Virus record (IMG/VR): IMGVR_UViG_3300046662_000041
Location: 28,924 to 92,923 of that record
DNA: 64,000 nucleotides
Strand: one strand, 5' to 3'
DNA from: a virus
Lineage: Duplodnaviria; Caudoviricetes
Part shown: in pieces, positions 34,793 to 45,068 of the stretch
Layout: the number at the start of each line of letters is the position of its first letter
Position numbering within the stretch: the first letter of the stretch is position 1
Translations under genes and position numbers: made by a program
Notes under the pieces: generated by a model
Told to the model about the DNA's origin: nothing
The model's database searches: none
What the model saw: the letters and a program-made list of their open reading frames with translations, nothing else

Positions 34793-37700
34793 TTACACAT
34801 TGGCAGTAGCTTTGAAGCCGCGGCCAATGATTCCGGAATTCTGGTAGACATTTATTTTGATGCTAGCTTGTACTATACCGAAGTCAGCGATCTGCTGTGC
34901 GGCCGTATAGCTAACTAAAGGTGAAGACAAGGCAGAGAACGTCCGCACCACAGTGTTACCATTCAAGATTTCTACGTCATAGGACTCAGAGAGCTCACTG
35001 ACGGGGACCGTACCAATCCCCTCAAGCCAGTCACCACCAATCCGCGTGCGTCGCACCCAAGTGATGGTCAGATTCTTGCTTCCATCGCGTATACCGGCCA
35101 AGTGGCACGGCGCATAGGGCCGAAGATCATTCGCTGAATTAGTGAAGGATTGTGACACGATCGTTGTAGGATCGGCACCATATGTGACTGGCTTGAAGTA
35201 TCTCAGCACCTGAATGCCAGCCAGACTGCTTTGCTCCCGCTTAATACCACCAGATGCAAGAAGGATCACTGACTCCCCACCACCATGTTGATTGCATGCC
35301 AATTCGGTGCCACGGCGGCCCCTGAGCAGTGTGCTGAGAGTGTAAGATCCATCAACATTTTGCACGGCATTCATAAATTGAATGATTTCGTTGCCAACCA
35401 GCAAGGCATTGTTTCCATTGAGCACGTTCAGCTGGCTGTCACCGGCAAGAGTTCCTTGTAGCATTCTCACGGTCAACGTGTTTACATAATCCCAAGTCCA
35501 GGGCGATCGAGGTGCATTAAAACCACCAAGAGTCACGCCGTAGGAGCATGGGACGCTATCAGTATCCACCTGATTGAAGCTACTATTGTCGCTGCTTTCT
35601 TGCAACGACACGCCGGTCCAATCCACAATATCGCCAGTGCTGAATGCAGCGTAGTATCCAGAGCCAGCAGGATTCATATCCGAATCACGCAACAACGGAA
35701 TGTCCAGCAGGAAAAGGATAGTGTTGGGTATCGTCGCAACGTGCTGTGGAGCTACGGTCGATCCTGTGCCACTTGTGCCTGGCGCTTGCGACGTATAAGG
35801 TGACGTCGCGGGCAGAGAATTTCCGGCTATGAACTGTGCAGGAATTGGCGGGAGCTCTTGCACGCTTTGGGCTTCGATCTTGTAGTCGGCTCCAATAGCA
35901 GTCTTTACAAGACGAGCAGTATAAAGATTGCCTTCATATGTGAAGTTGATCACATCTGTCGGATCAAACAGCATATAGAGCGCTTTCCACAGATTGAAGG
36001 TGTAAGGCTTACGCTCAAGATACTGCAGATACAGCATTCTTTCAGCAATTTGTCGTCCTGTTGCCGCATCAAGTGTGATTGGTAATTCAATGATGTTTTG
36101 ATTCCTAGTCACCACAAGCCGGGAAGCACGGCGTTTCAATTGGTAGTTTTGTTGGTAGTTAAGTGCAGGATCATTGAAAATCACTTTGATCTCAACTGGC
36201 ATGTCCTGAATTTGAGCTAAATGCTCTTGAATCTTAAAATTATCCTTAACAAGACCAAGATCAACTTCAGGAATCGTTAAAGATACAGGTGTACCACCGC
36301 GTGAAACAAAGCGAATGACACCACTTGTCTCACAGCCATCAAAAAAGAAAGCCTCTGCAAGCGGCCGCAACAAATCCTGTGCAGTCGACGGCCGGCCAAC
36401 AATATAGCCCAAAGAAGCAGGCACCGTGACGCTACCAAGCTGGGACACATCGATCTCTGAAGTCGTTAGACCTGCACGCTGGCAGATGTCGCCAACCATT
36501 GCTTGAAGATTATTATTTGCTGCTGGTGAGGGCAGACCAGGAAATTCAAAAAGGAAGACATTTGTTGCTTGACTAATTCCAATCCCATTACCTATAATTC
36601 CAAATGAAAAAGTGTAAACTCCAGCCGCACTTGTTGTTGTCGTTGCCAAAGAGCAAGTAGCACCGACGCCGCCATCACCTGCTGTTACCCAGACATTTCC
36701 TTGAGTATCTGAGATTGGCCCAAACCATGTGCCACTTGCGTTGATGTCACTATTTATTGCCACGAGTATAAGTACGCTTCCTGCCTTAACAGGATTCGCA
36801 AACGGCGTGATGTTAGTATTGACTAGTGGATATACCGCTGGATTCAAACTCGCAAACTGATAGTAACCCTGACTTAGTGCTGTGCCAGAATCAGTATTGT
36901 TATAAAGAGCGTGCGTAAGTGCAAAGCTAAAGAATTTACCAAGCGGGTCAACAGCAGTCACAGTGGCTGACGTCCCGTTAAGAAATGTTGCATTCACGAG
37001 ACCTGTGAACTTTATCAAAGTTCCGACGACGAAAGAACAGAAAGAACCTGTGTTGCAGGTTACTACGTTATTCACGATGCTAACATTCGTGATCGGCACC
37101 GTAAGTGATCCGCCCGAGCCAGCGAATGCAAGAATGTTTGCAGTCCATCGAATGCCCGCTGGACCTAGATCGTCAGAAATTGTTGCAGCACTTGCCAAGC
37201 TCGCGATCGCAAGTGCATATGTACCACTGCTTTCAGTAACGTCAAGTAAATGATTCCAACGGCTTGAAGTCAGATTCAATGCCTGCGTAGTAACGCCCAA
37301 GAAAACCATGTTGCCAGCATTGTACGGAGTATAACCAAAGACCTCTTCCGTATTATCAGCTCCGCGTATGAATGGCGTCTGTTGAAGTGTACCCATACCG
37401 AGCACTGTTTGCGGATTTGTTAAGAAGGTGATCTCTGCACGAACATTAGGGAACCGATTCCCAAAGTTTGCAAGAGGCATATTATTCCAGACACAATAAA
37501 TCAAGGGTCGGAATGCAGGCGTATTCGCAGCACCTTCGGCTGCCTGAATTGTTGGATCCGCATCTTGAAGCTCCGTACCAGTGTAAATTGTTGGCGGGGC
37601 ATACTGCGGTTGGGCAGGTACAGCCCAGCCACAAAACACAGTGCCTGAATCATCTCCAATCGTGAACAAAGTGTTGGGTGGATTGTAATAGGTAAAATGA

Positions 37701-38521
37701 TCTGCCGTGCTACTCACGACTGCGAAGTAGCCAGCATATGCGTTGCCATGCAGACTTGCGGGGATATCAATAATCAAAACTTGTGTGCCAGGGTCCGGAT
37801 TGAGATTAGATTTGGCAGTTACAAGATCGCCAACCATGCTCAGTTTCGTGATTTGTTGGCCGCCAGATGACGTTATTCCAACAGTACCACCTGTCGAAGC
37901 ACCAAAGCCGATGCCTAATTGATCTCGAACAGCAAATTGATGCGGCGAGATGACAGCAACAACATTTGTTACCTGATCAATGTTGACAGTCTGACCACCA
38001 CCTGTTCCTGTTCCAGCAATTGTGACTTGTGTTCCTACTTGCACAGGAAATGCAACTGACGTTGTGATAACTATATTCCCAGCAATTACCGCAAACAAAA
38101 TAGGGACATAGTTGTCCTTGGGATCATAGGCAATCTTTGAATCAAACCAGATCCTTCCCACTTTACCAGGCCCCTCGCCAAATGCAACAGCAAAGCTTCC
38201 TGTGTAATTGTATGTTGTCTGCTTCGGCTGGCCGCCCTTTCCGCCGATGCCGCCTCCAGTGGTTGTCGCATGCTCTGTTATCCCGCTTGTCCAGATCATG
38301 TTGCCAGCAACGCGACCTGTACCATATCCAAAAGCAATTGGTGCGCCATTCGTTGCAGAAGATACTTGGAGATCATTTAGCCGAGGACCATTTGGCAGTT
38401 TACCAGGAAAGAGCATACTGCCTACTAAGCCACCCATAGTCAAGCCTATCTCAGCACCTATTGGGCCACCGAGAAGGAAGCCCACAGCCCCACCGACAAG
38501 CGCTAATCCAATCTTTGCCAC
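34793..38521 (-). CDS. Central tail/host-specificity protein (GTA megatron / Phage-tail_3-like)
   Basis: GPRLNDLQV, YGTGRVAGNMIW, PAFRP..Y, LLDIPLL, LLRGRRGTE, WVRRTR, SESYDVEI. Confidence 0.85.
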   Translation of the reverse strand: MAKIGLALVGGAVGFLLGGPIGAEIGLTMGGLVGSMLFPGKLPNGPRLNDLQVSSATNGAPIAFGYGTGRVAGNMIWTSGITEHATTTGGGIGGKGGQPKQTTYNYTGSFAVAFGEGPGKVGRIWFDSKIAYDPKDNYVPILFAVIAGNIVITTSVAFPVQVGTQVTIAGTGTGGGQTVNIDQVTNVVAVISPHQFAVRDQLGIGFGASTGGTVGITSSGGQQITKLSMVGDLVTAKSNLNPDPGTQVLIIDIPASLHGNAYAGYFAVVSSTADHFTYYNPPNTLFTIGDDSGTVFCGWAVPAQPQYAPPTIYTGTELQDADPTIQAAEGAANTPAFRPLIYCVWNNMPLANFGNRFPNVRAEITFLTNPQTVLGMGTLQQTPFIRGADNTEEVFGYTPYNAGNMVFLGVTTQALNLTSSRWNHLLDVTESSGTYALAIASLASAATISDDLGPAGIRWTANILAFAGSGGSLTVPITNVSIVNNVVTCNTGSFCSFVVGTLIKFTGLVNATFLNGTSATVTAVDPLGKFFSFALTHALYNNTDSGTALSQGYYQFASLNPAVYPLVNTNITPFANPVKAGSVLILVAINSDINASGTWFGPISDTQGNVWVTAGDGGVGATCSLATTTTSAAGVYTFSFGIIGNGIGISQATNVFLFEFPGLPSPAANNNLQAMVGDICQRAGLTTSEIDVSQLGSVTVPASLGYIVGRPSTAQDLLRPLAEAFFFDGCETSGVIRFVSRGGTPVSLTIPEVDLGLVKDNFKIQEHLAQIQDMPVEIKVIFNDPALNYQQNYQLKRRASRLVVTRNQNIIELPITLDAATGRQIAERMLYLQYLERKPYTFNLWKALYMLFDPTDVINFTYEGNLYTARLVKTAIGADYKIEAQSVQELPPIPAQFIAGNSLPATSPYTSQAPGTSGTGSTVAPQHVATIPNTILFLLDIPLLRDSDMNPAGSGYYAAFSTGDIVDWTGVSLQESSDNSSFNQVDTDSVPCSYGVTLGGFNAPRSPWTWDYVNTLTVRMLQGTLAGDSQLNVLNGNNALLVGNEIIQFMNAVQNVDGSYTLSTLLRGRRGTELACNQHGGGESVILLASGGIKREQSSLAGIQVLRYFKPVTYGADPTTIVSQSFTNSANDLRPYAPCHLAGIRDGSKNLTITWVRRTRIGGDWLEGIGTVPVSELSESYDVEILNGNTVVRTFSALSSPLVSYTAAQQIADFGIVQASIKINVYQNSGIIGRGFKATANV

Positions 38522-38983
38522 TTAATCCTCCACATCAGGAAACAAAAATGCGGCGGCCGTTATGCCTTGCCAATAAAGATCGTAGATGTGTTCTACGACC
38601 TTACGGTTAGGAGAGTATGCATGGATAATTCCAATGTCCGTCACAATAGCTGCATGACACGGCACGGGTTTCGATAAGGTGCGCGTATAGATTGGCTGCT
38701 GCAAGCAAAGAATGTCACCTGGCTTGACCGCTGTAATTGAGATCTCTTTGAGCATTCGCTTCATGCCTTGTAGCACTTGATCATCTTGTGGAAATTGACT
38801 GTAGTTACATTTCGTAACAGGCATCCCCAATGCCTCCATACGAGGCCCGTAACCAAGGGCGATCCCAACGCAAATTGGTAAACCAATGCAATCGATGCCG
38901 CGGTCTTTCGACCGCCCTTGATGCAAAAAGGGTGTATTAAGAAACATGCGTGCTGTTGCTACAATCTGTGCTCGCGTTGGCAT
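38522..38983 (-). CDS. NlpC/P60 tail-associated peptidase
   Basis: TPFLHQGR..GIDCIGL, PGD, HAAI, IIHAY. Confidence 0.9.
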   Translation of the reverse strand: MPTRAQIVATARMFLNTPFLHQGRSKDRGIDCIGLPICVGIALGYGPRMEALGMPVTKCNYSQFPQDDQVLQGMKRMLKEISITAVKPGDILCLQQPIYTRTLSKPVPCHAAIVTDIGIIHAYSPNRKVVEHIYDLYWQGITAAAFLFPDVED

Positions 38984-40611
38984 TATTTTGCATCCGGATA
39001 TTGGAGTTGTAAATCCGTGCCAGGAATAAAAGGCTCACCCCGAAAATTCTTAATGTTCGTGGCAGCAATAATGTTCTGAAAACCATCAGAGCTATAGCCC
39101 TGAAACTTCAGGCAGCCAGTTGAGGTCGGCGTCTTGTCACAGCCAGGTTCGATCTTGAATGTGTCGCCAATTGACACCGTGAAAGGCAACGGAGTGAAAA
39201 GTGTCAATGTTATTCCATCCCATGACTTAATCTCAAAACTGAAGCCGCTATTTGCACCGCTCGTGAATGTGATGAGTCCATCATTAAACCAACCTGATGA
39301 AGCTGGCACCGATGGTGTTGATGAGCCCTTCTGAGTTAATGCAGTGGTGTACGGCCCAGCAAAAGAGACGATCGAAGCAAACCAAGTTTCACCAGGGCCT
39401 AGGCTGCTTCCAATCGTCCCTGCTACAGAATAAGCCGCCTGTGAGGATACAATTGACTGACAAACTTCTGCGGTCACACCGTGCGTGCCATCATTGAAGG
39501 TTTGGATTGGAGAAATACCAGTGTTGGTCGCAATGCCAGGACCCACAGTGAAAACAAATCCCAAAAGCAGAACTTCACCTTGTGTCGGTGTAATGCTGCC
39601 TGAAGACCAATTATAGTTTGGCCCAATTGAAGAAGTAGTTCCAGTTGCAAAAGTATGAACGTCAAGTCGCGTTACGCCGCTATATTCTGCAATCCAGCCA
39701 GCATCAATTGGATTGCCTGCGCCTGTGACAATGGTCACTGTATTCGCGCCACTTGCTTTGGTGAAGCAATACCATATAGTGTTATGTAGCGTATTCACTG
39801 TGACATCATCAAAAAGTTGAATCCATGTATTACCAATAGTATCAAAGATACCTGGCGTCGATCCAGAAACGGTATCGGTTGCCATTACAACAAGCAGATT
39901 ACCTGCTGTGACGTTGCTGCTGTATGCCATATGCATCGCAACGCCCTGACCATTTTGCTGGTATGGCTGATTATTCATCTGCACGCGAGTGGGCACCACG
40001 ACTGTAGCAGAAGCAGCTAGGTGGTACAAATCGTTGATCGTTTGCCCGATATTTCCAACAGCACCCGTTTGTTGATAATCTGATTCCTTCACCCAGCAAA
40101 TGTATTTGCTAAAGGGGTTGATCTTATTTACAGGTGTCGAGTAAAGCTCAGCCCGACAAAGCGGACCATACATAACGCCTATATATGTCGAGAGATATTG
40201 TGTCAGGCCACGAACTTCGGCGACAAAAACACCATTCTGCATCGTGATATTACCGATGATCCCTTTGCGAAGAAAGCAATCGCCCATCGTCAGATCTGCC
40301 CAATTAACGACATGCTGTTCGACAAGGGTGAAATCGTATACACCACCGCGGATGTCCACTTCTTTGATGATAGTGTTATCCAGGAAGCCATCCACCTGCA
40401 GACTATCAACTGACAGATCTGAATTATTGTCGTTTGCACTTGGTAGGAAGCCCGATGAAGCTAGATAGGTGATCCCTTGATATACAATGTTTGAATCGAA
40501 GCTTGTGAATCCCAAGACTGTACCGTTCACTAACGTCAACTTCCACAATACCGCGAGCGTCGTGGTTGATTGACCGAAATGAGTCTGCAGGTTGGCCGAA
40601 ACTGATTTCAT
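38983..40611 (-). CDS. Baseplate hub protein (DUF2163/BR0599) with a large internal insertion
   Basis: TTLAVLWKL..GFTSFD, CRAELY, PGCDK..C..N..NFRGEPFIPG. Confidence 0.85.
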   Translation of the reverse strand: MKSVSANLQTHFGQSTTTLAVLWKLTLVNGTVLGFTSFDSNIVYQGITYLASSGFLPSANDNNSDLSVDSLQVDGFLDNTIIKEVDIRGGVYDFTLVEQHVVNWADLTMGDCFLRKGIIGNITMQNGVFVAEVRGLTQYLSTYIGVMYGPLCRAELYSTPVNKINPFSKYICWVKESDYQQTGAVGNIGQTINDLYHLAASATVVVPTRVQMNNQPYQQNGQGVAMHMAYSSNVTAGNLLVVMATDTVSGSTPGIFDTIGNTWIQLFDDVTVNTLHNTIWYCFTKASGANTVTIVTGAGNPIDAGWIAEYSGVTRLDVHTFATGTTSSIGPNYNWSSGSITPTQGEVLLLGFVFTVGPGIATNTGISPIQTFNDGTHGVTAEVCQSIVSSQAAYSVAGTIGSSLGPGETWFASIVSFAGPYTTALTQKGSSTPSVPASSGWFNDGLITFTSGANSGFSFEIKSWDGITLTLFTPLPFTVSIGDTFKIEPGCDKTPTSTGCLKFQGYSSDGFQNIIAATNIKNFRGEPFIPGTDLQLQYPDAK

Positions 40612-40613
40612 GG

Positions 40614-41369
40614 TTATCCTTGTGATTGACCGGCCAGGATCTTGACCTCGACAAGCTGGATGCCTACAACCGTGATTAAGGTGTTGCCACCTGCAACGTT
40701 CGACTCGGTGATCTGCGCTGGCCAGTCATCACTATCGAAGCGTACGGGTACATGAAACTGGAAGTCTGCTGTGACTGCAAGGCCATTACCTGGTGCCACT
40801 GTGAAGGTTATCAAACCGGTCGTAGCATCAAGTGTATAATCTGTGTTGAGTATCTTCAGCACGCCATTGATGTACACATTGATCGTATTCGTGAACTGCG
40901 TGCCTGCAAAGTTCGTGATCGGGATCCCACCATTGGTCTGCGCGCTCATTATCGGCTTGCTAATGAGCCGGGTGTATGTTCGTGCCGCGGCGCCAGAGCC
41001 AATCTTGTAGGTCTTCGTTAACTGAAAGACTGTTGTGGTGCCATCACCTGTCGAGCCTAGCGTGACAGTATTCTGAAGAGGCTGCCCTGTCGCTGCATTG
41101 TCGACCGCATCATAGAATCTAAATGCATCTGCCTTACCGCCAACCGCATAGAAGAAATTAAGCACAGGCAAATAGGCCGCAAGTGGTTGTGCTACAAGAT
41201 CCAATTGATACTTCGCACGCACACTTCCCCAATTTCTGTTGCGTTGCTCACTGCCAGAGAAGCCCATGTTGACGATGGTGCTCCAGCTGGGTCCACCAGC
41301 TGGCACAGTCCCGCCGCCTGAAGATGCGAAACCAATTTTTCGAGGAAATTCTACTTCAAAGAGTGACAT
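40614..41369 (-). CDS. Distal tail protein (DUF2460)
   Basis: GGPSWSTI..SGSEQRN..W, GDGTTTVFQLTKTY, FHVPVRFDSD. Confidence 0.9.
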   Translation of the reverse strand: MSLFEVEFPRKIGFASSGGGTVPAGGPSWSTIVNMGFSGSEQRNRNWGSVRAKYQLDLVAQPLAAYLPVLNFFYAVGGKADAFRFYDAVDNAATGQPLQNTVTLGSTGDGTTTVFQLTKTYKIGSGAAARTYTRLISKPIMSAQTNGGIPITNFAGTQFTNTINVYINGVLKILNTDYTLDATTGLITFTVAPGNGLAVTADFQFHVPVRFDSDDWPAQITESNVAGGNTLITVVGIQLVEVKILAGQSQG

Positions 41370-43217
41370 TTATGCACCTGCCAAGTTGCGGGCTGCGGCC
41401 GCGCGCAACGACCCGAACATACTCGCTGCAATTTGCGGACTAGCCTTCCGGAAGGTGTCCGGATCACTTGCTCCATATACGTGCACATTAACAGGTGGCA
41501 CATTGATTGCGCTTGTGGGCGCAGTATAGGAGTTGGGGACGATTGTGCCTGATACCGTTGGCATAAAAGCCTCAGGACCCTTCTCACCTACTAGATAGCC
41601 GACGCCTGGTGATACAGGTCCACCAGCGGCCTTGCCTCCGCCGAAAAGACCACCAAGAAACTTAGTGAAGCCACCCAAACCTCCGCTGCTTGAACTTGAG
41701 CCACCCGAATCTGATCCCATATTCATCAATTTCGAAAACAAATCATTGAGTGCTTTTGACATCAATGTCTTCAAAATCTCTTGTTCTAGGCTGGCAAACA
41801 GCTCTTTGAAGTTGCCTTTGCCTGTAGCAACCATTGTAGCAATCGAATCACTAATTGAACCGGTGACTTTCAGCACCTCGTCCTTCATTCCCTTCCATTC
41901 ATCAGTCTTTTCTTTCACAAGGCCGCTTTCTTCTTTGAGCTTGGCGAGATAAGCATCTGCGGCCTGGATCTCTGCCTGTGTCGTGATTAGTCCTCGCCGT
42001 TTCAAATCATTAATCATATTAATGGCTTCGGCATAAGCACCCATTGTCCCCAGGCTCTGTGTCTCAATCTTATTAAGGAGCTCGATCTCCTTATTGTAAT
42101 GCGTCATGTCCATTGTGCCCTTGATCTCGACGCTCCCCAAATGATTCAATGCTTGCTCGAACTGCGTAGTAGCTAAGGCATCGGCATCCATAATCTTCTG
42201 ATAAGCTGCTTGAGCTTTCATCGCATCTAGGATCTGCTTGCCAGGATCCATGCCTGGATTTTCTGTCAGGTCCTTAATCCTTGCCTGCTTTGCAGCAGCA
42301 GCCATCGCGCCTTCTAGTTCCCGATACGTCTTGGCTTCATTTGCGACCTCCATCGTCAGCGCATTTATCTTTTCTTTGTTTGCGTCGTTTTCCCCACCGT
42401 AGGTTCGCAGGCTGTTGATTGTTTGCACGAGGACGCGTTGAGAATCAAGAAGTGCCTGCGCATATGCCTTTGTGGCCGTCTGCTTCGCAGCAATAGAAGG
42501 CGCGTTGTCCATCTCAGCTTCTGCACCAGCAAGCACGTGCATAGAGGCACTGGCTTTTTCAAGTGCCACATCGACTTGATTATAGTTATCCTTGAATTTT
42601 CCAGTGAAATCAGTAATGAGAAGACCCCATTCCTTCAATTTGGCAATAAAAGAGGTCCCTTCAAGAAGTTTGTTGATCTTCTCGTTGTCTTTGTCGAGAG
42701 CAGCCGCCAACTCACCGGCCTTTTTGCTAACCTCTAGCACCTGTTCAGCGAGTGCATTATGTGCGGCACCGTGTTGGAGCTTTGCAATCTGGTCATCAAG
42801 CTTTAGATTCTCAAGCTCAAGTGAATCTTTCGCAAGCGCGGCTGCATTCTGAACACTCTGTTCTTCTGCGGCAAACTTATTTGCTGCTTCCTCCGCCTTC
42901 TTGAAGTGTTCAACAGCTTTCTTGATAACCTCGACCAAAGCAATAGCACCAAGAATCGGAAATGCGGCAGCCATAATGCTTCCAACAGGACCGATAGAGG
43001 CGATCATTGTTGATACTGCCCGCGGCATCCTAACGCCAAATTCTTCACCCAACAACATCACGCTATGACGAGCTTCCATCATGGAGTAGTTTGCGTGCTC
43101 ACCACTCTTTTTGACTGCATTGCTGAATTCACCCAACGAGGCTTTCGACTTGTTAATTCCGTCGTGAAAGCCAGCATTATTCAAACCCAATTCAATCAGC
43201 AGTGACGTTAGTGCCAT
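41370..43217 (-). CDS. Tape measure protein
   Basis: Helical Ala-rich body; C-terminal AAGGPVSPG.GYLVGEKGPE. Confidence 0.9.
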   Translation of the reverse strand: MALTSLLIELGLNNAGFHDGINKSKASLGEFSNAVKKSGEHANYSMMEARHSVMLLGEEFGVRMPRAVSTMIASIGPVGSIMAAAFPILGAIALVEVIKKAVEHFKKAEEAANKFAAEEQSVQNAAALAKDSLELENLKLDDQIAKLQHGAAHNALAEQVLEVSKKAGELAAALDKDNEKINKLLEGTSFIAKLKEWGLLITDFTGKFKDNYNQVDVALEKASASMHVLAGAEAEMDNAPSIAAKQTATKAYAQALLDSQRVLVQTINSLRTYGGENDANKEKINALTMEVANEAKTYRELEGAMAAAAKQARIKDLTENPGMDPGKQILDAMKAQAAYQKIMDADALATTQFEQALNHLGSVEIKGTMDMTHYNKEIELLNKIETQSLGTMGAYAEAINMINDLKRRGLITTQAEIQAADAYLAKLKEESGLVKEKTDEWKGMKDEVLKVTGSISDSIATMVATGKGNFKELFASLEQEILKTLMSKALNDLFSKLMNMGSDSGGSSSSSGGLGGFTKFLGGLFGGGKAAGGPVSPGVGYLVGEKGPEAFMPTVSGTIVPNSYTAPTSAINVPPVNVHVYGASDPDTFRKASPQIAASMFGSLRAAAARNLAGA

Positions 43218-43225
43218 AATGCACC

Positions 43226-43567
43226 TTAATGATACGTGATCGTTTTCTTGCCAAACGTCGACATCAATTGTGCTGCAGCTTCATTCGGTTGCATCTCATC
43301 GAGATTTCGTGATTGTGCCTCTCCTGGTACTAGATCCATGACCTTCACAGGCTGCTCCGGATGGCATGCACTGTAATTGATTGTGGCTGCTGTGATCATC
43401 GCCGCACGAATGAAGGCTTTCTTTGTACCTTCCTTCATCCGGTTCATTAACGCTTCAAACATCGCGTAGGAGCAGTTGCCAAACTCTTCATCCGTGAGTC
43501 TGAGGTCATACCGAGCCAGTGCCCAAATATCGAGCAGTGTTATTCCTGGCTCGGCGGAGCTTTTGGG
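43226..43567 (-). CDS. Tail assembly chaperone, -1 frameshift extension (gpT equivalent)
   Basis: The -1 frame from the slippery site reads SSAEPGITLLDIWALARYDLRLTDEEFGNCSYAMFEAL, in frame with 43226-43462. Confidence 0.8.
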   Translation of the reverse strand, partial: PKSSAEPGITLLDIWALARYDLRLTDEEFGNCSYAMFEALMNRMKEGTKKAFIRAAMITAATINYSACHPEQPVKVMDLVPGEAQSRNLDEMQPNEAAAQLMSTFGKKTITYH

Positions 43568-43995
43568 TCCTCGGCCGGCTTCTTACTGGCTTTCTCGGCA
43601 TCTTCGATCTCCTTACGCCGCTTATCAGACAGAGATGCAAGAAACGCCTTTTTGACAGCAACGAAGGCATTTGGCATTGTCTCCATAATTAGGAATGATG
43701 CAATGGTTTCAAAGCCTTTGGCATCGCCGTAAAGCTTACCTTGCTCCTGCTGCGCGAGTGACCAAACAGAGATTGCAAGCAATGAGCAGTCCATCCGATC
43801 CCAGTAACCAGATGGATCCTGAAGGATGTTGATTCCATAGATGCCAAACTCACGACACTTGGCTTCAATCAGCATAACAGCCCGCATCGTCCAAGCCAGC
43901 TTCAGCTCCAATTTAATTTCGGTTGATTCTCCTTCATTCACTGCTAAGGTCAACGGTATTGTGTCAACCAATAATGCACTCAATGTTTGTGGCAT
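43540..43995 (-). CDS. Tail assembly chaperone (gpG equivalent)
   Basis: Position between tail tube and TMP; SD AGGAG. Confidence 0.8.
   Translation of the reverse strand: MPQTLSALLVDTIPLTLAVNEGESTEIKLELKLAWTMRAVMLIEAKCREFGIYGINILQDPSGYWDRMDCSLLAISVWSLAQQEQGKLYGDAKGFETIASFLIMETMPNAFVAVKKAFLASLSDKRRKEIEDAEKASKKPAEDPKAPPSQE
43561..43567 (-). other. Programmed -1 ribosomal frameshift site C CCA AAA
   Basis: X XXY YYZ heptamer at the end of the chaperone gene, upstream of the TMP. Confidence 0.8.
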
Positions 43996-44060
43996 TTTGC
44001 TTTCTCCTTTTGGATACACGCTTGGCATATTGAATTCAAGCAGCACTCAATCTGTCGTGA

Positions 44061-44513
44061 TTAAGAGCCAGCGACAAACGTGATTGCGCCTGTGATTTTC
44101 AGCTTGCCCGTGATCGTAGCTTCCTTATCGATCGGCAGGCCCCACTCATACGTCGACACAAACGCATTGAAGGTGAAGTGACCATATGGCAAGCTCGTTG
44201 CCGGATTGGTCGGAAGTACCACCTTATATGCGATATTGCTCGCGTTATTGAAGAAACTCAACACCGCGGCTTGCGACGCATCACTCGGGATAAAGTTGCC
44301 CTTGAAGTTCAATTCCCCCGAGTCAAGCAGGGTTGCCAGCCATTCTTTGAACTGGCCTGATTGGAAGTTCGTAGTATCAGCAAGATCGAGCTTCTGACCA
44401 CTGAAGTCCGCTTGCTTGATCTCAGCGAGCAATTGATAACCAACAGAAGCAAACTGTTGATAGAGCAGTTGGGTACCGCGAGGCGAAAAAGCTTGAGATT
44501 GTGTATAAGCCAT
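44061..44513 (-). CDS. Major tail tube protein
   Basis: DTTNFQS..KEWL..LLDSGE, F.AFV, LKITG. Confidence 0.85.
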   Translation of the reverse strand: MAYTQSQAFSPRGTQLLYQQFASVGYQLLAEIKQADFSGQKLDLADTTNFQSGQFKEWLATLLDSGELNFKGNFIPSDASQAAVLSFFNNASNIAYKVVLPTNPATSLPYGHFTFNAFVSTYEWGLPIDKEATITGKLKITGAITFVAGS

Positions 44514-44587
44514 GATAAATCCTCCACGAGCTAGTTGGCATTTGCTTCTACTGCAACTACAAGAAACTGTTACAGTTAATTACCTGT

Positions 44588-45028
44588 TTATGCTCCATTG
44601 TTGTCCACATATATGAACTTGAAGTCCATGTGGATCGCATAAATCGTCCCATGCGGAATCGGCTCCATGTCATCGATCTCATTCTGCTGCTCGATGTGAC
44701 CGACTACGACGGCACCAGGGCCAGGCAACGCACCGGTGAAGCTAGCAAACAAGAGCTTAATCTGCTCTGCCATCTTGAATGCTGCCGTGTAGCCTCCGGC
44801 ATAAACCGTGAAACGAAAAAGAGCATCGTGCAATTTATTTGCACCAGCAAAACTCATAACTGGCCGGCCACTCACGCGCGTCAAAACGATGTAAGGCAGC
44901 ATTGCATTCGTCAGGGCCAGTACACCAAATACACCGTCAGTCTTATCGACACGTGTTGCTGGTGTGCCAATCAACCCGGTGATCCCAACAGTTGACGCAA
45001 GCAACGAAACTAGGCCTTCCTGGATCAT
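44588..45028 (-). CDS. Tail terminator/completion protein (DUF3168-like)
   Basis: LPYIVL..VSG; synteny. Confidence 0.75.
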   Translation of the reverse strand: MIQEGLVSLLASTVGITGLIGTPATRVDKTDGVFGVLALTNAMLPYIVLTRVSGRPVMSFAGANKLHDALFRFTVYAGGYTAAFKMAEQIKLLFASFTGALPGPGAVVVGHIEQQNEIDDMEPIPHGTIYAIHMDFKFIYVDNNGA

Positions 45029-45068
45029 CTAAAACGAGCTCCTTAACATACTTATTTAGATGTTACGG

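Noticed and set aside
33086-38521. Diversity-generating retroelement target
   Set aside because: No reverse transcriptase and no TR/VR nucleotide repeat pair noticed.
33741-41369. Gene transfer agent
   Set aside because: The tail tip is GTA-like, but full replication, early and packaging modules indicate a true phage.
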